64,000 bases of DNA, from the IMG/VR virus record IMGVR_UViG_3300010354_000067, positions 1 through 64,000 of that record. The stretch is one strand, 5' to 3'. Shown in pieces: positions 40,912 to 49,279 of the stretch (its first letter is position 1; the number at the start of each line of letters is the position of its first letter). Position numbers and translations under genes: made by a program. A model generated the notes under the pieces. It had not been told where the DNA came from, ran no database searches, and saw nothing but the letters and a program-made list of their open reading frames with translations. The stretch comes from a virus.

Positions 40912-41059
40912 GTATTCTAAATACTCTGGAAAGTTTTTCTGTCAAAGTTGTAAGGACGTTGTTGCTGAAGCAAGGTTCTACTCAAGTTCATATGAACTTA
41001 CATGGATGTGCAAGGACAAACATCTTTCTAAGGTAAATCTGTATGCGAGGGGATACTAG
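40904..41059 (+). CDS. small zinc-binding protein (51 aa, below track cutoff)
   Basis: GTG start after GAGGA; CQSC...WMCKDKH; fills the gap exactly. Confidence 0.7.
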   Translation: MSRYSKYSGKFFCQSCKDVVAEARFYSSSYELTWMCKDKHLSKVNLYARGY

Positions 41060-41358
41060 TGAGCGAGCGCGGCGAGGCCAAGAGAATCGGTGCAACTCAG
41101 CATAAAAACTCTGGAAGAGGAATGAAGAAGGGGGATGCAACATGGAAAAACTATGTTGTTGACTTCAAGGAATATTCAAAGAGTTTTAGTCTTAACCAAG
41201 ATGTGTGGGCAAAGGCAGTCACCGATTGCATGAAGGTAGATAAGAGTAAATCTCCAGCAATTATTGTTGTTCTTGGAGAAGGAAATCACAAGGTTCGCCT
41301 TGCCGTGATAGAATTAGATGAACTAGAAAGGCTAACAGAAAATGACAACAACTCTTGA
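41059..41358 (+). CDS. PD-(D/E)xK nuclease, Hjc-like resolvase
   Basis: E...SGRG..KGD....VVDFKE. Confidence 0.7.
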   Translation: MSERGEAKRIGATQHKNSGRGMKKGDATWKNYVVDFKEYSKSFSLNQDVWAKAVTDCMKVDKSKSPAIIVVLGEGNHKVRLAVIELDELERLTENDNNS

Positions 41359-41665
41359 GTTGGTAAATGAGGTAGCAGAGTTTACTGATATCTCAGAAAT
41401 AATGGAAGATGAAGAACTTACTAGCGCACTTGGACTTATTGTTAAGTTAATGATGAATCCAGATGTACCACCACAGAAGGCGGTAAATCTTATAGTGCAA
41501 CTTGAAGCATATGCAGCAAAGTTTGCAATGCTTGCATCGTATTATACAAATGTAAAGAAGGACAACAGGGCAAAGAAAAACCTTTATTTCTCTGCCAAGG
41601 AAGCCACACAGCGTTTGTGTGACAGCATGAAGTATGCAGCCAAGGCAGGAGGATATTATGGCTAA
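41342..41665 (+). CDS. hypothetical helical protein
   Basis: 107-aa ORF in the operon. Confidence 0.7.
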   Translation: MTTTLELVNEVAEFTDISEIMEDEELTSALGLIVKLMMNPDVPPQKAVNLIVQLEAYAAKFAMLASYYTNVKKDNRAKKNLYFSAKEATQRLCDSMKYAAKAGGYYG

Positions 41666-42425
41666 GAACTTTTTGAAGCAGGTTATGAATAAGCAGCCAG
41701 AGGGACCAATAGATACTAAGGCGCTTATTGAAAAAATAGAAGCAGGATATCTCGTTGGAAGAGATCCAAAGTTTACACAGAAGAAATCTTTTAGCCCATC
41801 AACACTTGTATATGGAAATGGTGCATGTCCACGATACTGGTTCCTAGCATTTACTGGAGCAGAGTTTGAAGATAATGCAGATGCCTACGCTGTAGCAAAT
41901 ATGGCAAGCGGTACAGATGGTCATGCTCGTATTCAAAAGGCTATAACAGACGCAGGAATTATGGTGGAGGAAGAGAAGAAGATTATCTCATCTGATCCTC
42001 CTATCTTTGGCTTTGCAGATGCAATTGTGCAATGGGAAGAAGAGCAGCCAGTTGTAGAGATTAAGACTATGAAGGAAGAGTCGTTTGCATATCGTAAGCA
42101 CGCTAAGCCACCTTCATACCATCTTATGCAGTTAATCATCTATATGAAGGTTCTTGGCAAGAAGTTGGGCATTCTTCTTTATGAGAATAAGAATACTCAT
42201 GAACTTCACGCAATTACTGTTGAACCAACAGATGAGTATAAGGCTTGGGCAGACTACGCATTTGACTGGATGAAGACTGTGAGAAAGTCTTGGGAGGATG
42301 GAATTCTTCCTCACAAGCCATATAGGTCTAATTCCAAGGTATGTAAGTCGTGTCCAATACAAAAGGCATGTGCAAACGCAGATAAGGGAAGCGCTAAGTT
42401 AACTCCCTTGGAGTACCTTGAATGA
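41658..42425 (+). CDS. Cas4-like PD-(D/E)xK exonuclease
   Basis: FSPS..ACPR, G.AD, VEIKT, QLIIY and CKSCPIQKAC (4-Cys Fe-S pattern); GGAGG SD. Confidence 0.85.
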   Translation: MAKNFLKQVMNKQPEGPIDTKALIEKIEAGYLVGRDPKFTQKKSFSPSTLVYGNGACPRYWFLAFTGAEFEDNADAYAVANMASGTDGHARIQKAITDAGIMVEEEKKIISSDPPIFGFADAIVQWEEEQPVVEIKTMKEESFAYRKHAKPPSYHLMQLIIYMKVLGKKLGILLYENKNTHELHAITVEPTDEYKAWADYAFDWMKTVRKSWEDGILPHKPYRSNSKVCKSCPIQKACANADKGSAKLTPLEYLE

Positions 42426-42715
42426 AAACTTGCGAATGGTGCTCTCAGGAGTTCCAACCAAGAGTAAGTTATCAAATTTACTGTTCTCCTGAATGCAGAG
42501 ATTCTGCAACTAAAGAAAAAATAGCAGAGCGCCATCAAATAAATAGAATTAAAAATCGTTCTAACAAAGAACGAAGATGTGCTGGTGGATGTGGAATTCT
42601 AATATCTGTTTATAACAATAATGGATTTTGTAACTCCTGCATGGTAAATAAAAGAAAAGTAGATAAGATGTTAAGAGAACTAAAAGGTCTTTTTGATTAT
42701 GAACAAGAAAATTAA
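42422..42715 (+). CDS. double zinc-finger protein
   Basis: CEWC..YCSPEC and CAGGC..FCNSC. Confidence 0.75.
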   Translation: MKTCEWCSQEFQPRVSYQIYCSPECRDSATKEKIAERHQINRIKNRSNKERRCAGGCGILISVYNNNGFCNSCMVNKRKVDKMLRELKGLFDYEQEN

Positions 42716-43280
42716 AACAGTAGGAAACAGTCTGCCACAATCATTTTGTGCAGTTGATGCAAGTACAAACAGCCTAGCCTTTGCGTTTTTTGTGGATGGG
42801 TCATTAGAAAAATATGGAAAAATAAGATTCTTTGGAAATGATATATACGAGAAACTTGGCGACACTTCACACAAAACAATGTCCTTTTTCAAAACACTGT
42901 CTACTGATAATATGATTATTGAAAAAACTATCTTTGCTAATAGCGCACAGGTAGCAGCAAACCTTGCACTTAGCCAAGGTGCTCTTATTGGCGGGGCAAA
43001 AATAGGTGGCGTTCGTAATGTCTATGGAGTAGCACCAATGTCGTGGCAATCATATGTAGGAACAAGATTGCTTACAACTGATGAGAAAAAGACTATACGA
43101 GATAGGAATCCAGGAAGATCTAATTCATGGTATAAGTCTCAGGAACGTGAACAGAGAAAGCAAAAAACCATTACTACTGTCAATGAAAAGTTTAATATAA
43201 AGTTATCAGATAATGATATTGCTGATGCGTGTGGTATTGGTATGTACGCTCTTGACAACTGGGAAAGGCTTATGGCATAA
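42693..43280 (+). CDS. RuvC-like Holliday junction resolvase
   Basis: AVDAST, IIEK and DNDIADA acidic tetrad. Confidence 0.75.
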   Translation: MIMNKKIKTVGNSLPQSFCAVDASTNSLAFAFFVDGSLEKYGKIRFFGNDIYEKLGDTSHKTMSFFKTLSTDNMIIEKTIFANSAQVAANLALSQGALIGGAKIGGVRNVYGVAPMSWQSYVGTRLLTTDEKKTIRDRNPGRSNSWYKSQEREQRKQKTITTVNEKFNIKLSDNDIADACGIGMYALDNWERLMA

Positions 43281-43429
43281 TGAGAAACAGCGGGTTGCAT
43301 TTGAGCGAGGCATTCTTAAAAAAAAGATATGTTCAGGAAAGAAAGTCTCCAGAAGATATTGCCAAAGAGTGTGGAGTCAGTGTACAATTGATCTATAGGC
43401 AACTAAAAAAGTTTGGATTAAAAAAATGA
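43280..43429 (+). CDS. small HTH protein (49 aa, below track cutoff)
   Basis: SPEDIAKECGVSVQLIYRQLKKFG; overlaps the flanking stop and start codons. Confidence 0.8.
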   Translation: MRNSGLHLSEAFLKKRYVQERKSPEDIAKECGVSVQLIYRQLKKFGLKK

Positions 43430-43641
43430 ATGATATGGTAAATCATCCAAAGCATTATACAAGTGATCCAAGTGGCGTTGAATGTATTCAAATTGTTCGA
43501 CATAGAAATTACAATATCGGAAACGCTATCAAGTACCTCTGGCGTGCTGGCCTTAAAAATGAAGACAAGCATATTGAAGATCTTAAGAAGGCAATCTTTT
43601 ATATTCAAGATGAAATCAAAAGAATTGAGGGAGGGTACTAA
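43426..43641 (+). CDS. DUF3310 (SaV-like) protein
   Basis: VNHPKHY...GNAIKYLWRAG.K...EDLKKA.FY. Confidence 0.9.
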   Translation: MNDMVNHPKHYTSDPSGVECIQIVRHRNYNIGNAIKYLWRAGLKNEDKHIEDLKKAIFYIQDEIKRIEGGY

Positions 43642-43934
43642 TGCCTCGTCGCAAAGCAATTGTTAGTCCAAATGCTCACCTTTATCATCGTGTTCCTTAT
43701 TTCACTATGCCTGATGGTAGGATTATTGAAAAAGATGAGATTATCAAGATACAGGGTGAGCATGGTGGAAAGTTCAAGTTCCTTGAGCATGTAACACGAA
43801 CTGATTCTGGAATTGATTGGATTGATTGTTTTGAGATCCGTGGTGGTGTTCTCTGTGGTTGGAGATCTTTTAGAGTGGAGAGAATCAAGCCTCTGCCAAA
43901 AACTAGAAGGAAGCGTAGGAAGAAGGTAGTGTAG
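43641..43934 (+). CDS. hypothetical SH3-like protein with basic tail
   Basis: GGAGG SD; IIKIQGEHG.KFKF...WIDC...RSF. Confidence 0.65.
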   Translation: MPRRKAIVSPNAHLYHRVPYFTMPDGRIIEKDEIIKIQGEHGGKFKFLEHVTRTDSGIDWIDCFEIRGGVLCGWRSFRVERIKPLPKTRRKRRKKVV

Positions 43935-43936
43935 CG

Positions 43937-44275
43937 TTGGCTCAGGACAACCTAAAAAGGTATGTTCAACCTTTACTATTCTCAGTAGAGAAGAATAGAA
44001 AGGAAAAGCCAGAACGACGCTCTGCCAAAGACAAGAAAAAAGTCCAAGAGATGCTTGGACAGATAAAAGAAAAAAATGGCTGCAATGATTGTGGTGGAAA
44101 ATATCCATCATATATTCTTGACTTTGACCACGTTTATGGCAAGAAGGTTGCAAATATCGGACAAATGCTAAATTATTTTTCTATTGATGATATCTTAAAG
44201 GAAGTAGCAAAATGTGAGATTGTTTGTTCCAACTGCCATAGAGAAAGAACACATCAAAGAAAAAATAATAAATGA
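43937..44275 (+). CDS. HNH endonuclease
   Basis: CNDC..LDFDHV...CEIVCSNCHRERT. Confidence 0.8.
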   Translation: MAQDNLKRYVQPLLFSVEKNRKEKPERRSAKDKKKVQEMLGQIKEKNGCNDCGGKYPSYILDFDHVYGKKVANIGQMLNYFSIDDILKEVAKCEIVCSNCHRERTHQRKNNK

Positions 44276-44324
44276 TTATGTGATTTATGGCACATAAAAA
44301 AACATCGATTTTTATCCATAACTA

Positions 44325-44333
44325 TGATATTCT
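44325..44333 (+). promoter_or_regulatory. putative extended -10 promoter for the transglycosylase
   Basis: TGATATTCT (TGn-TAnnnT); predicted start site near 44340. Confidence 0.5.
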
Positions 44334-44365
44334 GGATAAGTGTTGCCGCCGCAAGGAGGAAACAG

Positions 44366-44902
44366 ATGATAACGAAACTGCTAGGAGGTGTGTTAATAGT
44401 GACGGTATTGATGAGTGGATCGTCTAACGCCATTGCTAACACTTCCACCGAACAGGTGTATGCTAAGTCTGCACCGATTGCGACGGAGGCTTTTATGAAT
44501 AAGCCTGTCGTAAAAAATATACAGGCTTCATCAAAGCCAAAGGCCTGTAAAAACTGGCTCGTTAAGGAACTTAAGGAGGCAGGGTTTAAGGGCAAAGGAC
44601 TGCGAATCGCATGGGCAATTGCTATGCGTGAGAGTGGAGGAAGGGCTAACGCGATTTCCTCTACTGGAGACTATGGAGTCTTTCAGTTCAATCGCGCTGC
44701 ACATAGCGGTCAGCCTTGGTGGAATACCAAGAAGATGCTTGACCGTAATTACAACATCATGATTGCCTATCGCATTACGCAAGGAGGCAGGACGTTCTAC
44801 CCTTGGGACATTGATGGACGAGGAAATCACAAGGGAGCGTATACATCATCTGGTGTATACAACAAGTATAAGTCGTGGTATAACAAGTATCCATGCAAGT
44901 AG
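44366..44902 (+). CDS. secreted lytic transglycosylase/lysozyme-like protein
   Basis: Signal peptide MITKLLGGVLIVTVLMSGSSNAIA; AIAMRESGG catalytic Glu; DYGVFQFN; AAGGAGG SD. Confidence 0.85.
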   Translation: MITKLLGGVLIVTVLMSGSSNAIANTSTEQVYAKSAPIATEAFMNKPVVKNIQASSKPKACKNWLVKELKEAGFKGKGLRIAWAIAMRESGGRANAISSTGDYGVFQFNRAAHSGQPWWNTKKMLDRNYNIMIAYRITQGGRTFYPWDIDGRGNHKGAYTSSGVYNKYKSWYNKYPCK

Positions 44903-44903
44903 T

Positions 44904-44962
44904 GTAGTGGCAGGGTAGGAAACCTATTTCAACAGGTGGCAACATTCCTACCCTGCTACTGC
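44904..44962 (+). terminator. 18-bp stem with a 23-nt structured loop
   Basis: GTAGTGGCAGGGTAGGAA / TTCCTACCCTGCTACTGC. Confidence 0.6.
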
Positions 44963-44968
44963 TATAAT
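44960..44968 (+). promoter_or_regulatory. extended -10 promoter for the terminase operon
   Basis: TGCTATAAT, then AAAGGAG and ATG 44990. Confidence 0.7.
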
Positions 44969-44989
44969 TGTTACCTCTAAAGGAGAATT

Positions 44990-45517
44990 ATGGACAGCAA
45001 AGATATCGTATTGCATATCGAAGAGGTAAACAAGGTAGCAGCAGAATATATCAAGGGCAAGGATGCCTCTGCTATCTCTAAAGAACTTGACATTCCTCGT
45101 AATCGTGTTCTTAATCTTTTGAATGAATGGCGCGAGATGATTGCCAACAATGAGGCAGTCAGAATCAGAGCGCGAGAAGCCCTCGCTGGCGCTGACCAGC
45201 ACTATAATCATCTTATTCGTCAAGCATATGAAGTAATTGAAGATGCGAACACCATGTCTAATCTCACTGCCAAGACCACTGCAATTAAACTGATCATGGA
45301 TATTGAGGGTAAGCGAATTGACATGCTTCAAAAGGCTGGCCTTCTAGAGAATAAGGAACTCGCAGATCAACTCTTGGAAGCAGAAAGAAAGCAGGAAATT
45401 CTTATAAAGATTCTTAAAGAGGTGTCTGGAGAATGTCCAAGGTGCAGAAATGAAGTGGCAAGAAGACTTGCTCAGGCATCTGGACAAGAGGAAGTGATTA
45501 CGGTTGAGCATACTTAA
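44990..45517 (+). CDS. terminase small subunit (putative)
   Basis: N-terminal HTH, helical body, overlaps the large subunit start. Confidence 0.65.
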   Translation: MDSKDIVLHIEEVNKVAAEYIKGKDASAISKELDIPRNRVLNLLNEWREMIANNEAVRIRAREALAGADQHYNHLIRQAYEVIEDANTMSNLTAKTTAIKLIMDIEGKRIDMLQKAGLLENKELADQLLEAERKQEILIKILKEVSGECPRCRNEVARRLAQASGQEEVITVEHT

Positions 45518-47291
45518 TTTTGATGACTTTATTGGTGCATTAGACGATGATCCTTTTGAAGAATATCCAGTAGACATTAGAACGTTTGTTCATGATGAAC
45601 ACTATCTAGGTCAGCCAGAACTATCAGACATTCAGTATGATGTAGTTGAGGCTGGTAGCCAGATATATCGTCTTGATGATCTTAAAAGATTTATGAGTGA
45701 TACAGATGCAAAAAGACATTATGAAAAATATACAAAGAACGAAGTAATTCTCCAGTGTGGAAAGGGTAGTGGAAAAGATTACGTTTCTACTGTTACTGTT
45801 GCCTACATTGTATATAAACTTCTTTGTCTCAAAGATCCAGCAAAATATTATGGAAAGCCATCTGGTGACGCAATCGATATTATCAATATTGCTATTAACG
45901 CTCAGCAGGCAAAGAATGTTTTCTTCAAGGGCTTTAAGTTGAAGATTGAAAGAAGCCCTTGGTTTGCAGGAAAGTATGATCCAAAGGTAGACAATATTGA
46001 ATTTGATAAGTCAGTAACAGTCTATTCAGGACACTCAGAAAGAGAAAGCCATGAGGGTCTAAACCTAATCGCTGCCGTCCTTGACGAGATCTCTGGCTTT
46101 GCTCAGGAATCTGCAAGTGGTAATGAGAATGCCAAGACAGGTGACGCTATCTACAAAGCCTTTCGTGCATCAGTAGACTCTCGCTTCCCTGATTTTGGAA
46201 AGGTTCTGCTTCTATCATTCCCAAGATACCAAGGTGACTTTATTTCAAAGAGATATGAAGACGTTGTTCTTGAAAAAGAAACAGTGCTAAGGCAGCATAA
46301 CTTTTTTATTAATCCAGAACTTGGGGACATTGATGGGAATCAATATTCTATTGAGTGGGAAGAGGATCATATTGTTTCCTATAGGGTTCCGAAGGTATAT
46401 GCAATTAAAAGACCAACATGGGACGTAAATCCAACAAGAAGTATCACTGACTTTGAGCAACTATTCGTTGCTGATTATGCAGATGCGATTATGCGTTTTG
46501 CTTGTATGCCAACATTCTCTAGCGATGCATTCTTTAAGCAAAGAGATAAACTAGAGCGTGCAATGAGTTTAAGAAATCCGCTAGATAATTTTAGAAGACT
46601 TGACTCATCGTTTGTTCCACAAGAGGACAAGATATATTTTGTCCATGCAGACCTTGCACAGAAGCATGACAAGTGTGCTGTGTCAATAGCACATGTAGAA
46701 AAGTGGGTAGAAATAAAATCCTTTAATGACTATCAGCAGATTGTTCCGTTTGTAGTTGTTGATGCAGTCGCTTGGTGGGAGCCACGCAAGGAGGGTCCAG
46801 TTGATCTTTCTGAGGTAAAGAATTGGATTATTCATCTTAGAAGGAATGGGTTTAACCTTGGCCTTGTAACCTTTGACCGTTGGCAATCTTTTGATATTCA
46901 GCAAGAACTTAAGGCGGTAGGTATCAAAACAGATACCTTGTCTGTAGCAAAGAAGCACTATGAAGATCTTGCTATGCTTATTTATGAAGAAAGAGTTGCT
47001 ATGCCACACATTGATCTACTCTTGGAAGAAATGAGCGAACTAAAAATTGTTTCTGATAAGAAGGTCGATCACCCAAGAAAAAAGTCAAAGGACTTGGCAG
47101 ACGCGGTATGTGGAGCAGTGTATGATGCAATTAGCCATACTCCACGAAATACCAATCAAGAAATTAGTATCCATTCATGGAAATCTCTTAACAAAGAGAA
47201 TATGAAAAAGGATGAAATAGCAAACCTTATTGAGCCTCCAAAGGCTTCAGAGGAAATAAAAGATTACCTAACAAACCTAGGAATGTTGTGA
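45504..47291 (+). CDS. terminase large subunit
   Basis: GKGSGKD Walker A, AVLDE Walker B, HADLA, FDRW and SKDLADA nuclease motifs. Confidence 0.93.
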   Translation: MSILNFDDFIGALDDDPFEEYPVDIRTFVHDEHYLGQPELSDIQYDVVEAGSQIYRLDDLKRFMSDTDAKRHYEKYTKNEVILQCGKGSGKDYVSTVTVAYIVYKLLCLKDPAKYYGKPSGDAIDIINIAINAQQAKNVFFKGFKLKIERSPWFAGKYDPKVDNIEFDKSVTVYSGHSERESHEGLNLIAAVLDEISGFAQESASGNENAKTGDAIYKAFRASVDSRFPDFGKVLLLSFPRYQGDFISKRYEDVVLEKETVLRQHNFFINPELGDIDGNQYSIEWEEDHIVSYRVPKVYAIKRPTWDVNPTRSITDFEQLFVADYADAIMRFACMPTFSSDAFFKQRDKLERAMSLRNPLDNFRRLDSSFVPQEDKIYFVHADLAQKHDKCAVSIAHVEKWVEIKSFNDYQQIVPFVVVDAVAWWEPRKEGPVDLSEVKNWIIHLRRNGFNLGLVTFDRWQSFDIQQELKAVGIKTDTLSVAKKHYEDLAMLIYEERVAMPHIDLLLEEMSELKIVSDKKVDHPRKKSKDLADAVCGAVYDAISHTPRNTNQEISIHSWKSLNKENMKKDEIANLIEPPKASEEIKDYLTNLGML

Positions 47292-47298
47292 GGAAACT

Positions 47299-47466
47299 AT
47301 GACATGGTTTTTAATTTGCTGCATTGCAGTTTTTATTCTATCTCTAGTAAGCAATGTATTGTTTTTGCTCAGCCCAATGAATAACCTAAAGGGTGGATCT
47401 ATCCTTGGAATTATTGTGTTTACAGCATTGACAGTATGGGCTATATCTCTTATAATTAGTGGGTAG
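47299..47466 (+). CDS. small two-TM membrane protein, possible holin (55 aa)
   Basis: GAGGA SD; MTWFLICCIAVFILSLVSNVLFLL...ILGIIVFTALTVWAISLIISG. Confidence 0.6.
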   Translation: MTWFLICCIAVFILSLVSNVLFLLSPMNNLKGGSILGIIVFTALTVWAISLIISG

Positions 47467-47472
47467 TGATTA

Positions 47473-47551
47473 CGGCAGGTAGGCAAATTGGTTACGCCGC
47501 CAGTCTTATAAACTGGGATTACGATTGTGGGTTCAAGCCCCACCCTGCCGA
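47473..47551 (+). tRNA. tRNA-Ile, anticodon UAU
   Basis: Acceptor CGGCAGG/CCTGCCG; anticodon arm CCAGT-CT TAT AA-ACTGG; T arm GTGGG-TTCAAGC-CCCAC; discriminator A. Confidence 0.85.
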
Positions 47552-47576
47552 CAAGCATACCTTTTAATTGTAAAGG

Positions 47577-47585
47577 TGGTATAAT
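47577..47585 (+). promoter_or_regulatory. extended -10 promoter, leaderless
   Basis: TGGTATAAT ends 7 nt before ATG 47593. Confidence 0.7.
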
Positions 47586-47592
47586 TTTTTCT

Positions 47593-47736
47593 ATGGACTT
47601 TAAAAAAATTATGTTTGAGCAAGATGAGGAAAAGGCAAAGCAGATTATTGCTGAAATAACTGAGACTGATCCTACAGATAATAGTGAAGACTATACAGTA
47701 GAAGACGAGTCTGAGATTGATTGGACAAACCTATAA
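47593..47736 (+). CDS. small acidic protein (47 aa)
   Basis: MDFKKIMFEQDEEKAK...; 16 of 47 residues D/E; TAATG coupling to the lysin. Confidence 0.7.
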   Translation: MDFKKIMFEQDEEKAKQIIAEITETDPTDNSEDYTVEDESEIDWTNL

Positions 47737-48455
47737 TGGCGAAACTATGTGCTGGTGGCGTAACACTAAGAGATCAAGTAAATAAGAGATGGCCCTCAAG
47801 AGATAAGGCCAGCGATGGTTGGATAGGCGATGCTGCTCACGCAGCACGAGAGGGATGGGGAACCAACGGCAAGGGGTCTTACCACAATCCAGATCCAAAT
47901 GGAATTGTTCACGCTATTGACTTGGACGAAGACTTTTTTGGTAAGGGTAAGGGTCAGGCAGAGGCAAAGAAGTTTGCTGAAGAGTTGGCAACCTATTGTC
48001 GTCAGGGCAAGGATGGTGGACGCATTGCCCATATTGTCTATGAAGATCAAGTAGCCTCTGGCACAGCCAACAACTGGCATTTTCGTGGTAGTGGGTACGG
48101 GCATACCCACCATATTCATATTAGTTTTACAAATAAGGCTGATCGTGATGGAAGCCCATTTAAACTTCCAATTTTTGAAACTGGAGATAAGCCAAAGCCT
48201 CCAGCGCCAAAGCCAGAGCAGGCTCCAGCATATCCAGGCAGATCTAAACTTCAGTTTAAGCAGAAGAACGCTGATGTAAGAGATTTACAGAAGCAGTTAG
48301 TTAAGAAGGGTTTTGAAATCCCCGCTGGTGCAACAGGATATTACGGAGATCAAACCGTAAGCGCAGTAAAGAAGTTTTATAAGTCTATTGGAAAGATTAA
48401 GGATGGAAAGTCAGTCGATCCTCAAGGATGGAACGCTCTGTGGGGTGCTAAGTAA
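47736..48455 (+). CDS. endolysin (M15-like Zn peptidase + peptidoglycan-binding domain)
   Basis: DGWIGD..H, SYHNPD, HAIDLD and HTHHIHISF; Pro linker; VRDLQKQL..G...GYYGDQT..AVKKF. Confidence 0.85.
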   Translation: MAKLCAGGVTLRDQVNKRWPSRDKASDGWIGDAAHAAREGWGTNGKGSYHNPDPNGIVHAIDLDEDFFGKGKGQAEAKKFAEELATYCRQGKDGGRIAHIVYEDQVASGTANNWHFRGSGYGHTHHIHISFTNKADRDGSPFKLPIFETGDKPKPPAPKPEQAPAYPGRSKLQFKQKNADVRDLQKQLVKKGFEIPAGATGYYGDQTVSAVKKFYKSIGKIKDGKSVDPQGWNALWGAK

Positions 48456-49279
48456 TGCCATATGACATTAAGGAAAATTACATGGATTGCAACGGCTATG
48501 CTGTTGTCGGTCCAGATGGGTCAATCAAGGGCTGCCATATAAGCAGGGAAAAGGCACAGGCACAGCAAGCGGCCTTATATTCAGTAGAGGAAAAGGTTGC
48601 AAAGGCTTATTCAATGCTTGATCCATCAGAAAAGGCCTTCCACGATGCCCTTGCTTCTGTAGCAGCAAAGTATGGAAAGTTTAGCAATGAAACTCCTGTC
48701 TATGCAGGGTATGAGCCTGCTGTAGAAAATGAAAACATTCTTAAGGGAATCGTTTGCGGGAATTGCTCATTCTGGCAGGGCGATGGCGTTTGTCAAATTG
48801 TTGCAGGAGAAATTGAATACAACGGTTATTGCCGTCTTGCAGCAATTCCATCAGAACTTGTTAATGCTGATGCCCCAGAGGTTGAAGTAGAGGAGGAAGA
48901 AATGGATAAGCAATATAATGGCTGTGGCTGCCCTACATGCAAGGAGATGAATGTTGCTTGCAAAGACTGCCCAGTTTGTAATTCAGAAATGGGAAAGGCA
49001 GACGGAGTTCGTGTAGGACAAATGGTTTCTTGGAATTCTAGCGGCGGCAGAGCAGAAGGAAGAGTCAAGAGAATTATAAGAGAGGGATCATACAATGTCC
49101 CAAACTCTGATTTTACAATTACTGGCACTCCAGATAATCCAGCGGTAGTCATTGAAGTATATCGTGATGGAAAGCCAAGCGGAAGAATGGTTGGTCATAG
49201 AATGGATACTCTTTCTGCAAAGAAGAGCGTATGGCTTGGAATGTTTGATCCTAGAGTTGGGCTGATGAAGCGTGGCTGA
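48455..49279 (+). CDS. multidomain protein (HiPIP-like Cys domain, Cys-rich knot, Hva1/DUF2945-like Tudor); candidate internal head protein
   Basis: CGNC...C...YC; CGCPTC..CKDCPVC; VGQMVSWNSSGGRAEGRV; C-terminal KSVWLGMF. Confidence 0.65.
   Translation: MPYDIKENYMDCNGYAVVGPDGSIKGCHISREKAQAQQAALYSVEEKVAKAYSMLDPSEKAFHDALASVAAKYGKFSNETPVYAGYEPAVENENILKGIVCGNCSFWQGDGVCQIVAGEIEYNGYCRLAAIPSELVNADAPEVEVEEEEMDKQYNGCGCPTCKEMNVACKDCPVCNSEMGKADGVRVGQMVSWNSSGGRAEGRVKRIIREGSYNVPNSDFTITGTPDNPAVVIEVYRDGKPSGRMVGHRMDTLSAKKSVWLGMFDPRVGLMKRG

Noticed and set aside
41658-42425. Cas4-like gene as evidence of a CRISPR-Cas system
   Set aside because: No repeat-spacer array or other cas genes seen; stand-alone Cas4-like nucleases are common in phage recombination modules
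36306-47291. Inteins or introns in dnaE, recA, terminase (also nrdJ and dnaB)
   Set aside because: Lengths and motif spacing look normal and no splice-junction motifs were seen
48420-48455. Endolysin ending GWNALWGAK as another capsid tag
   Set aside because: Better explained as the last helix of the peptidoglycan-binding domain; lacks the K-S and the final F
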